DNA from: a virus
IMG/VR virus record: IMGVR_UViG_3300027976_000020
Coordinates: 1-64,000 of that record
Length of the DNA: 64,000 nucleotides
Strand: one strand, 5' to 3'
In this document: in pieces, positions 21,401 to 29,266 of the stretch
How the letters are laid out: each line of letters opens with the position of its first letter
Position numbering within the stretch: the stretch's first letter is position 1
Made by a program: the position numbers and the translations under genes
The notes under the pieces: model-generated
What the model saw: only the letters and a program-made list of their open reading frames with translations
Database searches by the model: none
Told to the model about the DNA's origin: nothing

Positions 21401-23929
21401 AGTAGAACTAGGGTATGTTGTTTGGTTGCTAAAACTTACACCAGCAGAATCAAACACATCGAACAAAGGTGCTTGGTTGGCAGAAGTTTTTTCTTGTGCC
21501 AATATCCAATCAACACCATCAAAGTAATAACTTAGGCCTTGTTGTTTTAGCCCATTTAATGCAACTACAGTTTGATCAATTAGCACTGCAGAATCAAATG
21601 CCGGCGTTAAATTTATAATAGGCTGGTTAATCAATGGATTAACTGTGTCAGGTTCAATGAATTCTACATTGTATATTTTATTACGAACTTGTAAATCCAA
21701 GTCATTGGCAAAAATAATGCGGCTACCAGTGATAAGTGTATAACCGTCGGTGCTATAACCGATTGAGCCGTTGATATCACTGAATGCATCGGTTGAATTA
21801 AAATCAACAATGTTAACTGGTTGTTTACCTTGTGTTCCAAATCCAAATAATTTTGTTCCGGTGTTGAACTCTAAAATCGGACGCTTGCCTCTAAATTCAT
21901 TGTTCAATACTGCTACAGTATTGTTGTACGCAGCACTGGCATTGATAACTTCAATATGGAACCAACGGTTAGACCGTGTCCATGCATTTAAATCAGCACT
22001 GGCACGATTGATTGTTATGTAGTCCGGAATTTCCGGAGCATTGTCTGTGGCATCAAAATTGCCAATGTCGTAGCCAGTACTATCGTAAGGAACACTGGCA
22101 CTTTGTGTATATGTTTCGGGAGTGATGAAATCAGCAACTGGCAATAATTTAATTGCAGTTCCTACACCGTCAACGTAGTATTGCTGATTTTCGTAACTGG
22201 CAGGAAATGTTGTGCCACGGAATTGTATTTTCAACCCGTTAGTAAAAATTACCCCCGTTGGACTGGTATATGTTGGTTGCCCAATAACATCGTCAATAAA
22301 GATTGTGTCAGCTTGGTCTTGGTCAATAATACGTAACTGTCCAAAAATCTCTGGGTCAGTTCCGTCTTGGTAATACAACACATCTTTGATTGCTGTCAAC
22401 AAAGGAATCTGTTCAAACACACCATTGGCATTTTTATACCAATCAGTGTTTGAATACTCAGTTCCAAATGCTATGTTAAATTTGTCCAAATTATCAACAA
22501 GTAATACATTGTTCAATTTGATGTATTGCTGGCCACCTGTGGTAGTAACATATTCAATTTTCCATACACTATAACGTTGTGATTGAGTTAACGGTGTTGC
22601 TTGTGCGAACGGAATACTGTCAAAAGATCCAACACCACCTGCGCCGCCGGTGTTGATTAACGGATCAAATTGTGTGGCCAGATCCCATCCGCCTTGGTCA
22701 GCACTAGCATTGCTAACAAATGCAACAGTTCGGCCATCTAAGTTAGTTATACCATCAATACCACTTGGATTTTGTGTAAAGAATTCTGTCAAGAATTGAT
22801 TGTTTATTTGTTCAAATTTTAAATTAGTTATTAAATCAACTGAGCCAATGCTGGGCAGCGAATAATAAAAACTTTGTGCAGTTGATTGCGGAACATTAAA
22901 TGTGACTGATCCAAGATCTTCGCCGTTGTTGGTTACCCCCAGTACATCTCTGCTGCTGATGTTTGGCGACCACGGTAATGTTCCGGCGGTGCCTGGCTCT
23001 GCTTGAATCCAGAAACCAGGGCCATTGCCAGGCGTTCCGTCTACAATTGCAAATGTTCCTTGCATATTGAATTGTGATTCGCTGGCGTAGTATAAATTAT
23101 CTGGTGCATCCTGCGGCACAGTAAATGTAATATTTCCAGTTTGTGAACCATTGCGAGTTACGCCTGTGTTGTATTGATTACCTGTGCCTTGACTTGGCGC
23201 TGTCTTGATCCAAAAAGGTGATGCTACATCAAGATTTAAATTAAAAATATAAGTGTTGCCGCGTACTAATGTTAGTGCTGGGTTTGGTGCATAATCAATT
23301 ACATATGCAGATATGCCAGTTGATGTGACACGGAAATTTACTGATTCTTTTTTATTCTGTGCTACATTAAATGTATAATTGCCGCCACGAACAAGAGTGA
23401 TTGCAGGATTGTTCGTGGTATAATTAGAGAAAGTATATACGCCATTTTCTCTTGTGACGGTATAATTGGCGGTTAGCGGAACAGCAGTGGCGCCAACATT
23501 GACAGACAACGGGCCTGCAGGTAACCAATAATATTGACTAAAGTTTACAAACTTGTCAAAGTTGACTTGTGGATTCCATGTATAGTATTCACTGGTGTAA
23601 AGGCGACTGCTGTTGTTGGTGAACGCACCTTGAGTTGCCAGCGCATCATTGATGCCAGGATATGTAATGGCATCTTCAACAGTGTCACTATCGGTCTTTA
23701 ACATAACAACACCGGGTTCTAACTGATAGTTGGTACGAGCAGTTGTGGGTTCCACTACATATCGACTGTCGGCATTGACTCCTGGTCCAACGCGGCGGCC
23801 AACAAACCCTTGTGTCTTTTTAAACTGGGGTTCCTGAACCAGTTGATCTAAGGTAGCAGCTAAAAACTGTTTGTTTGTAGATGTTTGAAATATTTCAGGT
23901 AAGAAATCTACCGTTCTCACTTTTGCCAT
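9500..23929 (-). CDS. Giant (4809 aa) multidomain virion protein, baseplate/tail-fibre associated
   Basis: Uninterrupted 14.4-kb ORF, TAATG-coupled to the gp6-like gene; FG-GAP-like blades, cupredoxin-like and Ig-like repeats. Confidence 0.85.
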   Translation of the reverse strand: MAKVRTVDFLPEIFQTSTNKQFLAATLDQLVQEPQFKKTQGFVGRRVGPGVNADSRYVVEPTTARTNYQLEPGVVMLKTDSDTVEDAITYPGINDALATQGAFTNNSSRLYTSEYYTWNPQVNFDKFVNFSQYYWLPAGPLSVNVGATAVPLTANYTVTRENGVYTFSNYTTNNPAITLVRGGNYTFNVAQNKKESVNFRVTSTGISAYVIDYAPNPALTLVRGNTYIFNLNLDVASPFWIKTAPSQGTGNQYNTGVTRNGSQTGNITFTVPQDAPDNLYYASESQFNMQGTFAIVDGTPGNGPGFWIQAEPGTAGTLPWSPNISSRDVLGVTNNGEDLGSVTFNVPQSTAQSFYYSLPSIGSVDLITNLKFEQINNQFLTEFFTQNPSGIDGITNLDGRTVAFVSNASADQGGWDLATQFDPLINTGGAGGVGSFDSIPFAQATPLTQSQRYSVWKIEYVTTTGGQQYIKLNNVLLVDNLDKFNIAFGTEYSNTDWYKNANGVFEQIPLLTAIKDVLYYQDGTDPEIFGQLRIIDQDQADTIFIDDVIGQPTYTSPTGVIFTNGLKIQFRGTTFPASYENQQYYVDGVGTAIKLLPVADFITPETYTQSASVPYDSTGYDIGNFDATDNAPEIPDYITINRASADLNAWTRSNRWFHIEVINASAAYNNTVAVLNNEFRGKRPILEFNTGTKLFGFGTQGKQPVNIVDFNSTDAFSDINGSIGYSTDGYTLITGSRIIFANDLDLQVRNKIYNVEFIEPDTVNPLINQPIINLTPAFDSAVLIDQTVVALNGLKQQGLSYYFDGVDWILAQEKTSANQAPLFDVFDSAGVSFSNQTTYPSSTFVGSKLFSYATGTGTADPVLAFPIRYLSLANIGDIVFDNNLYVDTFNYVTGTSGVVGNVSAGFVYQYADRVLYSRNIGWEVAVAPSQIRQQFQFTYDGRSLQLDIVVSENTVVPPILLYVANEFVLPGDYTVTRNAATTVITLDKIYLPGSVIEVQALSNQVSKTGFYKVPVNLENNPFNANSSSFTLGTVRTHYESIAENLIDFSGKINGSNNTRDLGNISQYGTTILQQSSPATLAGFFMREPEYNIFKSLEFNDREYNKFKNRMLENSILSEWGTYTTSQILDSIITDMSLGKSTVNSFFYSDMIPSGSVYTEVNHTVTPITTGVFDTVQTYTFTSANFLGVLVYLNGNLLTLNYNYTVATDGPRINVSATLAVGDIVTIREYTTTTGSFVPNTPTKLGLYGAYKPEMFLDTNYVNPTNVIRGHDGSITAAFGDLRDDVLLEFERRVFNNLKTQNNPVPLVADNVIPGYFRTTDYTAAEITNILSESFLTWIGQNKIDFKTQQYISSNEFTYNYDQAGDKQKNEPLLGAWRGIYRDFYDTLSPSTTPWEMLGFSQQPTWWANRYGPVPYTSDNLILWDDIQAGYVADPLAPYVIEKYKRPNLSTYFIPSGSEGALLSPLQSVVGSYNPNAFRKSWIVGDGGPAEAAWWTSSSYPFAVMRLLALTRPAEFFSLFADRDLYKYDTDLGQYLYNGRYRLDANGVQVYGGNVSTNGTVTPVSKASYINWIVDYNQQLGINSTDALEDALASLDVRLCWRTASFTDKQYLKVYTERSSPDSQNSSLLLPDESYNLMLYKNVPFSSIAYSAVIVQAVENGYAVLGYSTTDAYFNILASRANGQLQTVSAGGSVVRVPKQYSTDVVQVPYGFVFTNQSSLVDFLLSYGQYLTTQGLIFGEDRENGYPLDWQQMAREFLYWANQGWGLNSLINLNPAANQLIAEKPGAVIDNVMMQNIENIMLDQNRLPFDARNLTIERLENRFSVTSTNGQAIAYANLRYTSYENLVILDNVSIFNDLIYNPTTAARQNRINVVAMTTTEWEGTLNAQGFILNQDNVQNWVSNRKYAKGEIVNFKNNYWSAQTIVQPKREFVYSDWVKSDYTKIQKGLLPNIANKADQLANSYNTQTTNLERDTDLLSFGLIGFQPRDYMVALNLDDTSQVNLYQQFIGTKGTTLAAEIFTGANLGKEVADYQIYENWAIRRGTYGANANRSYFELQLNEALLQSDPSTIQVVDVGETSVANQTVYLNDVWNQSYKLTSTNVLPTTTSTITDTALPSAGYVNIDDVDITVFSLDDPSSIAAELNNIGAGTRIWVAKTNSVDWNVYRATQTPGKITRVSDNLDGTSLFAFSAIHNLTRGNLLIVRFFNESVNGVFRVLTTPTPTTLTVAYSFPNTNQTTATGSGLAFYLDTMRVSQASDIASLSYADDMMPGALAWVDNNGTGLWEVLEKQDVFADNYSLTQNLPVENTGYGTSVAQTYDNLAALVGAPAYYNDSTSTATGAVYPYQRGTAGEYVEDSLLFLTAPGTLGYGNNIDFGNKTWAVAGASLSFGGVGYASIINRSASGAFTQPQLLVAPDYAASAGSFGTSVAISKDERIVYVGAPAENAVYAYGRADSAPQSVTYTSDGTTQQYAFSDNIIVDYTQPGQMVVVVNNTAQIEGVDYTLSANAVLFTTAPESRLTIVIARREATQLDHQVYYSVTQDSTSGAGSQAKFTVDRTRGTYAVQLTAPGLDYSIGDTVTINAASIGGGTSPANDLVVTVSTVTVGGIVTFTTAGSGVDNTSNFDLAEYLYTATTTNSFTLIVNGLVQRPYIDYTFTGTTVTFEAGSNPAAGAIINALAKTYFRYIDKIAGPAGSANFGYSVAASTDGRQVVIGAPTTIVSTLESGSTYVYDRSVLRYQIGINETGTTTFALPSGSAAPVSVLINNVFLTNAAQYINGGFNIVGSDVVLTSAVVLTVGDIVEIESNIFNQVQQIVTTSTWDTVNQTADNTPIYQAQFGWDVDLCSTNCSIYSGAPQNANDDTGAVQRNVNQARVYGIISSPVANPSLTAGDTIRVNNYQVAVPAIPNNNVAGLVTAIAALNDGIGIPNVTAAVSDDVYFTANGLVKTFDIGVTYSKYNSYTLVVYADTVLQTINVNYTYNNTTGIVTFGSTPASGTIIRVVSGILTISVINSAAALPGTKLNVLPGLTGTAFVNIGFVNYSYTQTITSPNPSQFARFGASLTVDSTASTLVVGAPNGNMYQPVTFDANATYFDDRSTIFSTTIVQSGVAYTFDYLPSATDTVTDPGKFVFGQQLYNNKTNELDNYGTGLSYVTSKLLVGAPGNDLEDSQFANFGQVVIFDNPERKQAWAVKHQQTPVVDVALLNSVYMYDKLESQVTSYLDFFNPLQGKILGVARENIDYIGAVDPANYSNGPIHNVGNPWSALRVGQIWWDTNSVRFIDPNQDDIVYASRRWGQTFPGSRIDVYQWIESDVTPSNYTGPGTPLSFLSFTTRAELNSENIFATRYYFWVRNISTVNTAAGKKLSTTAIANYIEYPRASGIAYLAPLDASTVAIYNVLDLVSAQDTILHIEYDRLVNDDNVHQEYELIAAGRSNSFLSDSLYLKLQDSFSGINLLGANVPDAELSPAMRYGVEFRPRQSMFVDRFLALENYLGRANTVVAQYPVSETKNFTILNSREPEPSASSGAWNKRIANLDELSYQNLSIVPYGYKYLVVSDSTNSGFWTIYDVVAGSLFGSRKLTLIRVQNYDTRRYWSYIDWYLIGYNKNLNPVATVSNYAGLSALTLNTAPVGASVKVTNALGTGKFEIYQRTDLGWDRVGLEDGTIEFSKSLWNYAAGNFGFDVEVFDAQYFDQEPVIETRKIIQAINEQLFVDELLIERNRALTLVFEYIMSEFAAPEWLIKTSLIDVDHKIRNLLPYQFYNQDNQDFVLNYIQEVKPYHTQIREFNLSYNGNDAFPGSVTDFDIPSYWDSTLTVPEFISPVLLPYTQSTAVSNTNFNADTLSNSTVWAQTPWDEWYANHTLSIQSVVITSGGTGYTVAPTITVTGNSVEQAEMTAIINGAGQVTGVTIDNYGSSYTTTATITFTGGNGTGAAAAVTMGNELVRQVTTRIKYDRYEYSSDIVEWQADANYDNGTQVRYLNRVWQADADDSPGIQSSTFDPDQWTIVSPALLSGVDRTMGFYTPTVNEPGLSLPLLIDGVEYPGVQMFGVGYDQYPGFDLAPFDTTPFDNLTYGPEGKPTYDQTILDAIYESPYNDPYLGTLATSINADGGEYIDTYSSYAPEELVPGSEFDTLDMRVYTTPGADWARDGHGFRIELQKYKVTTLQETFSFAGLETTPATMFVVNQTTGLVLYRNVDYTANWANQTITITSNDVNVGQVISLSLYEIGGGNQLLKRSFNGDEVGNLLVVPVQFSLIEEFVIFVNGSLTINYTYASNGTTSTLLTFGETYTAADYLMIGAIGLTTVDNATVDYSWALPVTQNITGVTNQYSYTVNYNMEYTNPDNVYVSVGGRRVRTAAGAQYLADGTSEYLLPQRLGFSQALIADNEVRVYMNDVPLILNIDYLVEPYDTETPRSVIFATTPSDGEKILICVTTNAQAVINGDQLLFNQYGGLVPVTGEIISVISWNDTRQQDLLTQVYVGPVGGTQTLTEPFDSLNFDVGIVINEAGTFDYSATQAVSLNNLFLDHTNTDPDRLFVTLNGRLIFNNVDYTIVNNEIVLAGGYTLSATDTVMITEFTLSIAPAAMAFRIFQDMRKVQATYRITSATTTYLTQALSATDDTIHVYNAAALNQPNLTSNIWGLLTIDGERIMYRTRDTNANTVSGLRRGTAGTGAASHAINTDVYNISRGNLLESQYQNYIVSTVPYPLVSGINLGNGVTTSFVASLIDVSGADSTVDIEAIEVYVGGTLQTAGYTVTNENPVTVLFDTAPADGAEITILVQRGVTWYAPGAGTPSNGVALQDTDTDAARFLRGE

Positions 23930-26900
23930 TAAATTACTCCGCTGCCTGGGGCAGTTCTAAGGTTGGTACTTGTTAATGCTTCAATAACTTGAATGTCAAC
24001 CACTGTGGCAGCGTTGACAAATATCTCGTTGGGAGCTGATCTAATTTCATATAGATCACCAAAACTCTTTTGTGGATTTAGCGGTACCAGCACAACAGAA
24101 CTCACAATGTCGCCCATCTGTTGGTGCAAGTACGCTGACAGTTCTGAGAAGTAAAATACATCACCAAAATCCCAATTTTCAATTGCAAAATACGCATCTA
24201 AGTTGGCCACTACAGTGCTCTTAATTTCACTAATAGATGCAGTTGAATTGCTGGCACGAATAACTTTTATAGTTGCTCGTAATTGTTCAGCAGCCTTGGC
24301 ACCAAACAACGGTTTAAAATTTACAGGATTAACAATCATGTTGTCAGAAATCATTTTATAATCTTGTAATCCTGCATACTCTGTACTTAGCGCATCAATT
24401 GTTGGGGGTGTTGGCTCTACTACTGTGTTGGTAGAGTCTTGAATATAATTTCTATAAGCAGTGTAATAGGCCTGCGTTACAACATACAAATCAATGATGT
24501 TTGTTGAGCCTGGGTCAATGCGATTGGTCAATGCACTATTGTGACGATACTGGTAGTATAAATCTTGGCGGCCAACGCGGGTTTGATATTCTGTTGTTGT
24601 TACTAATACTGTTGTACCGAAGGTAGTCAAACTTAAAATATAAAATAGTTTGTCTGTATAAGCATAAAACACTTGTCCAACAATGTATTGAGCTTTTTCT
24701 AATGTGATGTCATTGAATGTTGCGTACTGGCCATTGACAGTGCCTGGCGCAACCAATACAAAACGTTCAAGACTATCAAAGTCTATAATCTTCTGAAAAA
24801 ATACCAATTTGGTAGTTGCGGCCACATCCGGAGCAACAATTTCGTTAAAGAAATCTGGATTATCTGGCACTCCATCGGCATCTTTGTCTTGCCAAGACAC
24901 CAACACCTGGTAATCATCAACATAACCATCTGGTTGCACTGGTTGTGCAATAATACGCATTGTGATGTCACTATCAAGCGGCAGGTTTGAGTCAGGGCGA
25001 CTGTTTGTTTTCAACACTCTCACAAAGTCACGAATAACTGTTCCTGTGCGACTGTCGTACACTTGCTCGTCGCCGTAGAAGAAAAAGCGTGTTTCAAGAA
25101 CGCTGCCAAAGTAATAGTTCAGTGCTCGTGTTGTTACTGTATATGATTCACCGTCTGTTGCAAACTGTACAACCCAACTGGCATCAAGATTTGCGCCAGA
25201 AGTGTCTTGTGCATAGTCTTGACTCCAAGTAGCGTTTGCTGCAAGATTAGATGCAGTAATTACATACCAAGTGTTGGTTAAGTTGTTGTAGCCTAGACCA
25301 AAATTGCGGTACAGTTCAATTTGTGTCAGTGCAGTTTGTTTGACAGTTGTTCCTAGATCAGTTACAAATAACGGAATAACTTCGACACATTGTGCATTTG
25401 TAGGAACATAGTTGTTGAGAACTACAGGACCAAGACCGCTGGTAAAGTTGCCAATGCCTTGATTGGTTCCATCAAGATATACCGCGGTAGCAGAAGCCCA
25501 TATGGTTAATTTTTCGTCTGCCCTTGTGGGAGTTCCCAGCACTAATCTATTGTTGGCGTCAAAATAATAGCCAGTTGGAGATTTAAATTTAATCAAACTT
25601 CCGAGCTGGACATATTGCATGTTGCCGCTGGAATACGTGCCCACTGACACAGGAAGTCCAGCAGCGTTTTTAAAATAACCAGTTGTTTCATTGGCCAATG
25701 TTGTACTTTGATTCCAGCTAACTGACAGTGATGTCAATAACGGTCTTGGAAAATTTGCATAATAAAATTGTACAGCAGCGTCTGTTGCTATCAACGGCTC
25801 AACTCGATTAGAAAGTGCATCACTTATATCATTGGTTGTCAACCAACTGAACAAAAATGTTGGCAACTCGTTTGATTCATACAGCGCGCCATCGCTACCA
25901 AATGTATTGGTGGAACTGTATTTGCCTGTGTTGTCAACCAGGTCAAGGTAACGACTGGTGCCTATTGATGCACGGTTGAGTGCTTTGGATTTGATAATTG
26001 AATTGTAAGCAGTAAACGGAAAGTTATTGTAATCTTCTCCGTTGACCATACGGTTCTGTGTATAGTATCGGGCAGGGGCACGTTGCTTGATTTCATCAAT
26101 GGTTTCACGAGCAAGTGCATTGCTCACCGGCTCTGTTATGCCACACGTAACTGTCAGTGTTTCTAACTGGCCGGTACGGCTAACATAGCTGATACTTAGA
26201 ATTACATTTTGCATTTCTTCTGGATTGATAATATACTGCAACCCATTTGATGCTCGCACATAGGACCGGAAAAATCCCACAGGGATTTCAGAAAATACAC
26301 CGTCGCCAAAATTCAATGTGATTTGATCATTTGCTCTACTGGCAACTGAATATATAGGACGCAACGATTCTTGTTGCTCTGCCGCGGCTGTATAAACGCT
26401 TTCAACATAATCCCATTCGCGGGCAATATTTCCAACATTGTCTAATTGATACAACCAACGATCTGTATTGTTGACACCTTCAATGTTGACGTTGACTGCA
26501 CGGTTGGCAATGCGTTCGGCTAAATTAAAATCTTGATTTTGCAGTACGCCTTGTTTAAAGTAAAAGAAGAATCCAGTATCAGCAGACGCAAAACCCAATT
26601 GGTCGTTGCGGAACAGCATGCCAAACTGTCCATTTGGCTGTGGACTTGGTTCGTAAACATATTCTACACCAGCAGGCAATCCGGTGGCAGTGGCACTTAC
26701 AGCTTCGAACGGCATGTTTACGCCATCAATAACTGCACTGAATGGAATCACAGGAAGGAATCCCGGAACCAAGTTGACTGTGTATTCATCTGTGCGAATA
26801 CCTTGGAGTGTTGTCCTGTTACCTGGACGACCCACACGTTGTGTGTTTATCAACGCAGAATTTATAATGGCATTGAATTGTTCTTGCCAGTCAAAGTTTG

Positions 26901-27342
26901 TGGGATCGGCCCAATTGACAGTGATGTTGGCCAAGTTGATGCCGTTGTAGTCAATTACATTTTCTGTTGTTTGTATTGAAAATACTTTGAGATATCCGTT
27001 TGCTTCAGTGTTGCGTTTGGGGGTGTAACTTACCAAGTTGGCAAGTTTGACAACACTGTCTCGACGTTCTGCAGTGTCTAAATAATTTTCACGAGTGTTT
27101 AGGTCTGTGCGGAAAGCCAACGACTGGCCCATAAATGCCATTACATCTAGTATGGCAATAAATTCCGATGATTCAATGTAGTCATTGAATGTTTCTGGAT
27201 AGTACAATCGTACATAATCAACAAAACTCTTGCGCAGAGTTTCGAAGTCATAACTTTGGAAGTCAGCTTCGCGGTAAGTTTGATAGATTCGTTTCCAATC
27301 TTCAACTCCAAATACTGCGGTTTGTCTAGTAGTTTTTGCCAT
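23929..27342 (-). CDS. Baseplate wedge subunit (T4 gp6-like)
   Basis: DFETLRKS..FNDYIESSE..ENYLDTAERRDSV..LVSY; FGDGVF; ETIDEIKQRAP..YTQNRMV..EDY. Confidence 0.85.
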   Translation of the reverse strand: MAKTTRQTAVFGVEDWKRIYQTYREADFQSYDFETLRKSFVDYVRLYYPETFNDYIESSEFIAILDVMAFMGQSLAFRTDLNTRENYLDTAERRDSVVKLANLVSYTPKRNTEANGYLKVFSIQTTENVIDYNGINLANITVNWADPTNFDWQEQFNAIINSALINTQRVGRPGNRTTLQGIRTDEYTVNLVPGFLPVIPFSAVIDGVNMPFEAVSATATGLPAGVEYVYEPSPQPNGQFGMLFRNDQLGFASADTGFFFYFKQGVLQNQDFNLAERIANRAVNVNIEGVNNTDRWLYQLDNVGNIAREWDYVESVYTAAAEQQESLRPIYSVASRANDQITLNFGDGVFSEIPVGFFRSYVRASNGLQYIINPEEMQNVILSISYVSRTGQLETLTVTCGITEPVSNALARETIDEIKQRAPARYYTQNRMVNGEDYNNFPFTAYNSIIKSKALNRASIGTSRYLDLVDNTGKYSSTNTFGSDGALYESNELPTFLFSWLTTNDISDALSNRVEPLIATDAAVQFYYANFPRPLLTSLSVSWNQSTTLANETTGYFKNAAGLPVSVGTYSSGNMQYVQLGSLIKFKSPTGYYFDANNRLVLGTPTRADEKLTIWASATAVYLDGTNQGIGNFTSGLGPVVLNNYVPTNAQCVEVIPLFVTDLGTTVKQTALTQIELYRNFGLGYNNLTNTWYVITASNLAANATWSQDYAQDTSGANLDASWVVQFATDGESYTVTTRALNYYFGSVLETRFFFYGDEQVYDSRTGTVIRDFVRVLKTNSRPDSNLPLDSDITMRIIAQPVQPDGYVDDYQVLVSWQDKDADGVPDNPDFFNEIVAPDVAATTKLVFFQKIIDFDSLERFVLVAPGTVNGQYATFNDITLEKAQYIVGQVFYAYTDKLFYILSLTTFGTTVLVTTTEYQTRVGRQDLYYQYRHNSALTNRIDPGSTNIIDLYVVTQAYYTAYRNYIQDSTNTVVEPTPPTIDALSTEYAGLQDYKMISDNMIVNPVNFKPLFGAKAAEQLRATIKVIRASNSTASISEIKSTVVANLDAYFAIENWDFGDVFYFSELSAYLHQQMGDIVSSVVLVPLNPQKSFGDLYEIRSAPNEIFVNAATVVDIQVIEALTSTNLRTAPGSGVI

Positions 27343-27395
27343 AATAATCCATCTTGTGAATTATTTATGGCGAAAATAAACCACCCAGTTTATGT

Positions 27396-27770
27396 TTATG
27401 AGTAGTTTGCTGTGGCAGTTTGTTGGTCAAAGTAGACGCTTAAAAATTCACTTGTTTGTCCCGGCACCATCATCAGTTCAATTTCAATCAATATACCATG
27501 CAGTTGCGGATACATGTTGGCGGATTGCAAATAAATCCGTGGATCTAAACTGGCTATTCTTTGTATTTCGGCCAGTATAGCACGTTCAGTATCTTGAGTT
27601 TGATTTTCAAATATGTAACTCCATATCATGGTTCCATAACCCGGGCGTCCAACCAGTTGCCCTTGTGTTATATTAAGTGCATTTAATAGATCACGCTTGA
27701 CCAACTCAAAATCTACCAAGGTAAATTTCTTTGTTTGCCCTATTGTGTTAAAACCTCTGAATGTTGTCAT
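27396..27770 (-). CDS. Baseplate wedge subunit (gp25/GPW-like)
   Basis: LVKRDLLNALN..GQLVGRPGYG..DPRI; located next to the gp6-like gene. Confidence 0.8.
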   Translation of the reverse strand: MTTFRGFNTIGQTKKFTLVDFELVKRDLLNALNITQGQLVGRPGYGTMIWSYIFENQTQDTERAILAEIQRIASLDPRIYLQSANMYPQLHGILIEIELMMVPGQTSEFLSVYFDQQTATANYS

Positions 27771-27789
27771 AGTTGTATTTACTTGTATT

Positions 27790-29265
27790 TTAAGTTACAG
27801 CCACCGGAGGCAATCCTAATCTTGCTCTAACAATTGGATCGTTGCCTGTGTACGGTGGCGCATTGGGATCGCCCAATGAGTTAGCGCCAGCGTTCAATGC
27901 ACCTGACAGTCCCGACAATCCGCCCAGCTCGCTGGGTATACTTCCATTCAGTAAACTCTTGGCCTTTTGCCCAGCAGCTTGCAATGCACCTGACAGTCCC
28001 GACAATCCGCCCAGCTCGCTGGGTATACTTCCATTCAGTAAACTCTTGGCCTTTTGCCCAGCAGCTTGCAATGCTGATGTGTCAACTGCTTGCGGACTGA
28101 ACGTAGGAGTTGAAATTTTAGTACTGCCGACAAGTTTAGTAAATGCTGCATTTACAGTTGTTCTATCAATTGTTTTGCTGAACCCAGCAGCTGGTATAAC
28201 GCCTGCAACCGCAGCTGGCAATTTAAAATCACTAAAATTAACAGCAAATTGTCCTTGCTTGGCTAAAGAATCCATTTGACTTTTTATTGAAGCAGAATTA
28301 ATAGTTGGTATCTGACCTTTTGCCCACACTAATGCATTGTCAACGCCGAACTTGCTAGAAATTGCTAGTAATCCCCCAAGAGCAGCTATTCCTCGGTCTA
28401 GTGAGTTTGTCAGTCCTGACAAACTAGCAGTTGAAAGGCTGCTGATTGCTGTTTGCACAGAAGACAATTCACCTGTTGTAGCATTATATATTTGTCCGCT
28501 GGGCGCAACAGCATCAGTTCCAGGTGTTACAATTTCTCCGGTCTGAACTAGTTTAGTGTAGCTGTCTTTTATAATTCCAAGCTGAATTTTATCTTGTAGT
28601 TTGGAGTTAGTGAGCAAACAATCAAGTTTGATTACCCCGTCTTTACCGGTCCACACTGATGGACTTTTTAATAAATCAACAGCGTTGTTTGCTGTTGGTG
28701 CATACCTCGAAGCTGTGCCACATTTTATATGGCCGGATCCTTCAAGCTGGTCTATGTCAAACCCGTATTTGCCAACTCCCAAAGCAGGAGTAGCCAAATC
28801 GGCGGGTTGGCAAACACTTGCAGCAACTGCTGCCATTACTGCTTGTACTTGTGTTGCAGACAATGGACCAATCGGAGTTGTTACCACCGATGTTTCGACA
28901 TACTCAGACACAGTAATACCGTTGTTGATCGGAACATCCGCAAGTGTTGGCAACGATGAAATTATAGTAACAGTTCCGGTAGGAGTAGCGTTTGCAACAG
29001 AAGAGCCGCTGACAAAGCCGTCGGTATAAATTGCCAACAACGGAATATCCGGAACGCCTGCTGTTCCTCTTGTCAACCGTGACTTTGCAAATTCAGTCAC
29101 AGTTGTTTCTACTGATTGTAAACTGTCGCCCGACGACAGTCCAATAAACGCACCTGCTGCCAATTGCTCAAGGTAAACTCTTTCGGCTTCGACTGCTGTA
29201 GTGCCAGCAGGAGCTTCTAGTGTGAATAACTTTCCATTGGGAAGATTAAAACTAAACTTGGCCAT
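27790..29265 (-). CDS. Baseplate-associated protein with degenerate lysozyme-like segment
   Basis: GVGKYGF..QLE..G..WTGKDGV..LLTN..LQ pattern; located between gp5-like and gp25-like genes. Confidence 0.5.
   Translation of the reverse strand: MAKFSFNLPNGKLFTLEAPAGTTAVEAERVYLEQLAAGAFIGLSSGDSLQSVETTVTEFAKSRLTRGTAGVPDIPLLAIYTDGFVSGSSVANATPTGTVTIISSLPTLADVPINNGITVSEYVETSVVTTPIGPLSATQVQAVMAAVAASVCQPADLATPALGVGKYGFDIDQLEGSGHIKCGTASRYAPTANNAVDLLKSPSVWTGKDGVIKLDCLLTNSKLQDKIQLGIIKDSYTKLVQTGEIVTPGTDAVAPSGQIYNATTGELSSVQTAISSLSTASLSGLTNSLDRGIAALGGLLAISSKFGVDNALVWAKGQIPTINSASIKSQMDSLAKQGQFAVNFSDFKLPAAVAGVIPAAGFSKTIDRTTVNAAFTKLVGSTKISTPTFSPQAVDTSALQAAGQKAKSLLNGSIPSELGGLSGLSGALQAAGQKAKSLLNGSIPSELGGLSGLSGALNAGANSLGDPNAPPYTGNDPIVRARLGLPPVAVT
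27895..28074. repeat. Exact in-frame 87-bp tandem duplication
   Basis: CAATGC at 27895, 27982 and 28069; encodes ALQAAGQKAKSLLNGSIPSELGGLSGLSG twice. Confidence 0.95.
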
Positions 29266-29266
29266 A

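Noticed and set aside
9542-22574. Many short ORFs inside the giant gene
   Set aside because: They are antisense or out-of-frame shadows of a long coding frame, with no motifs or expression signals. The same applies to nested ORFs elsewhere, such as 52440..53018, 53796..54398 and 56615..57142.
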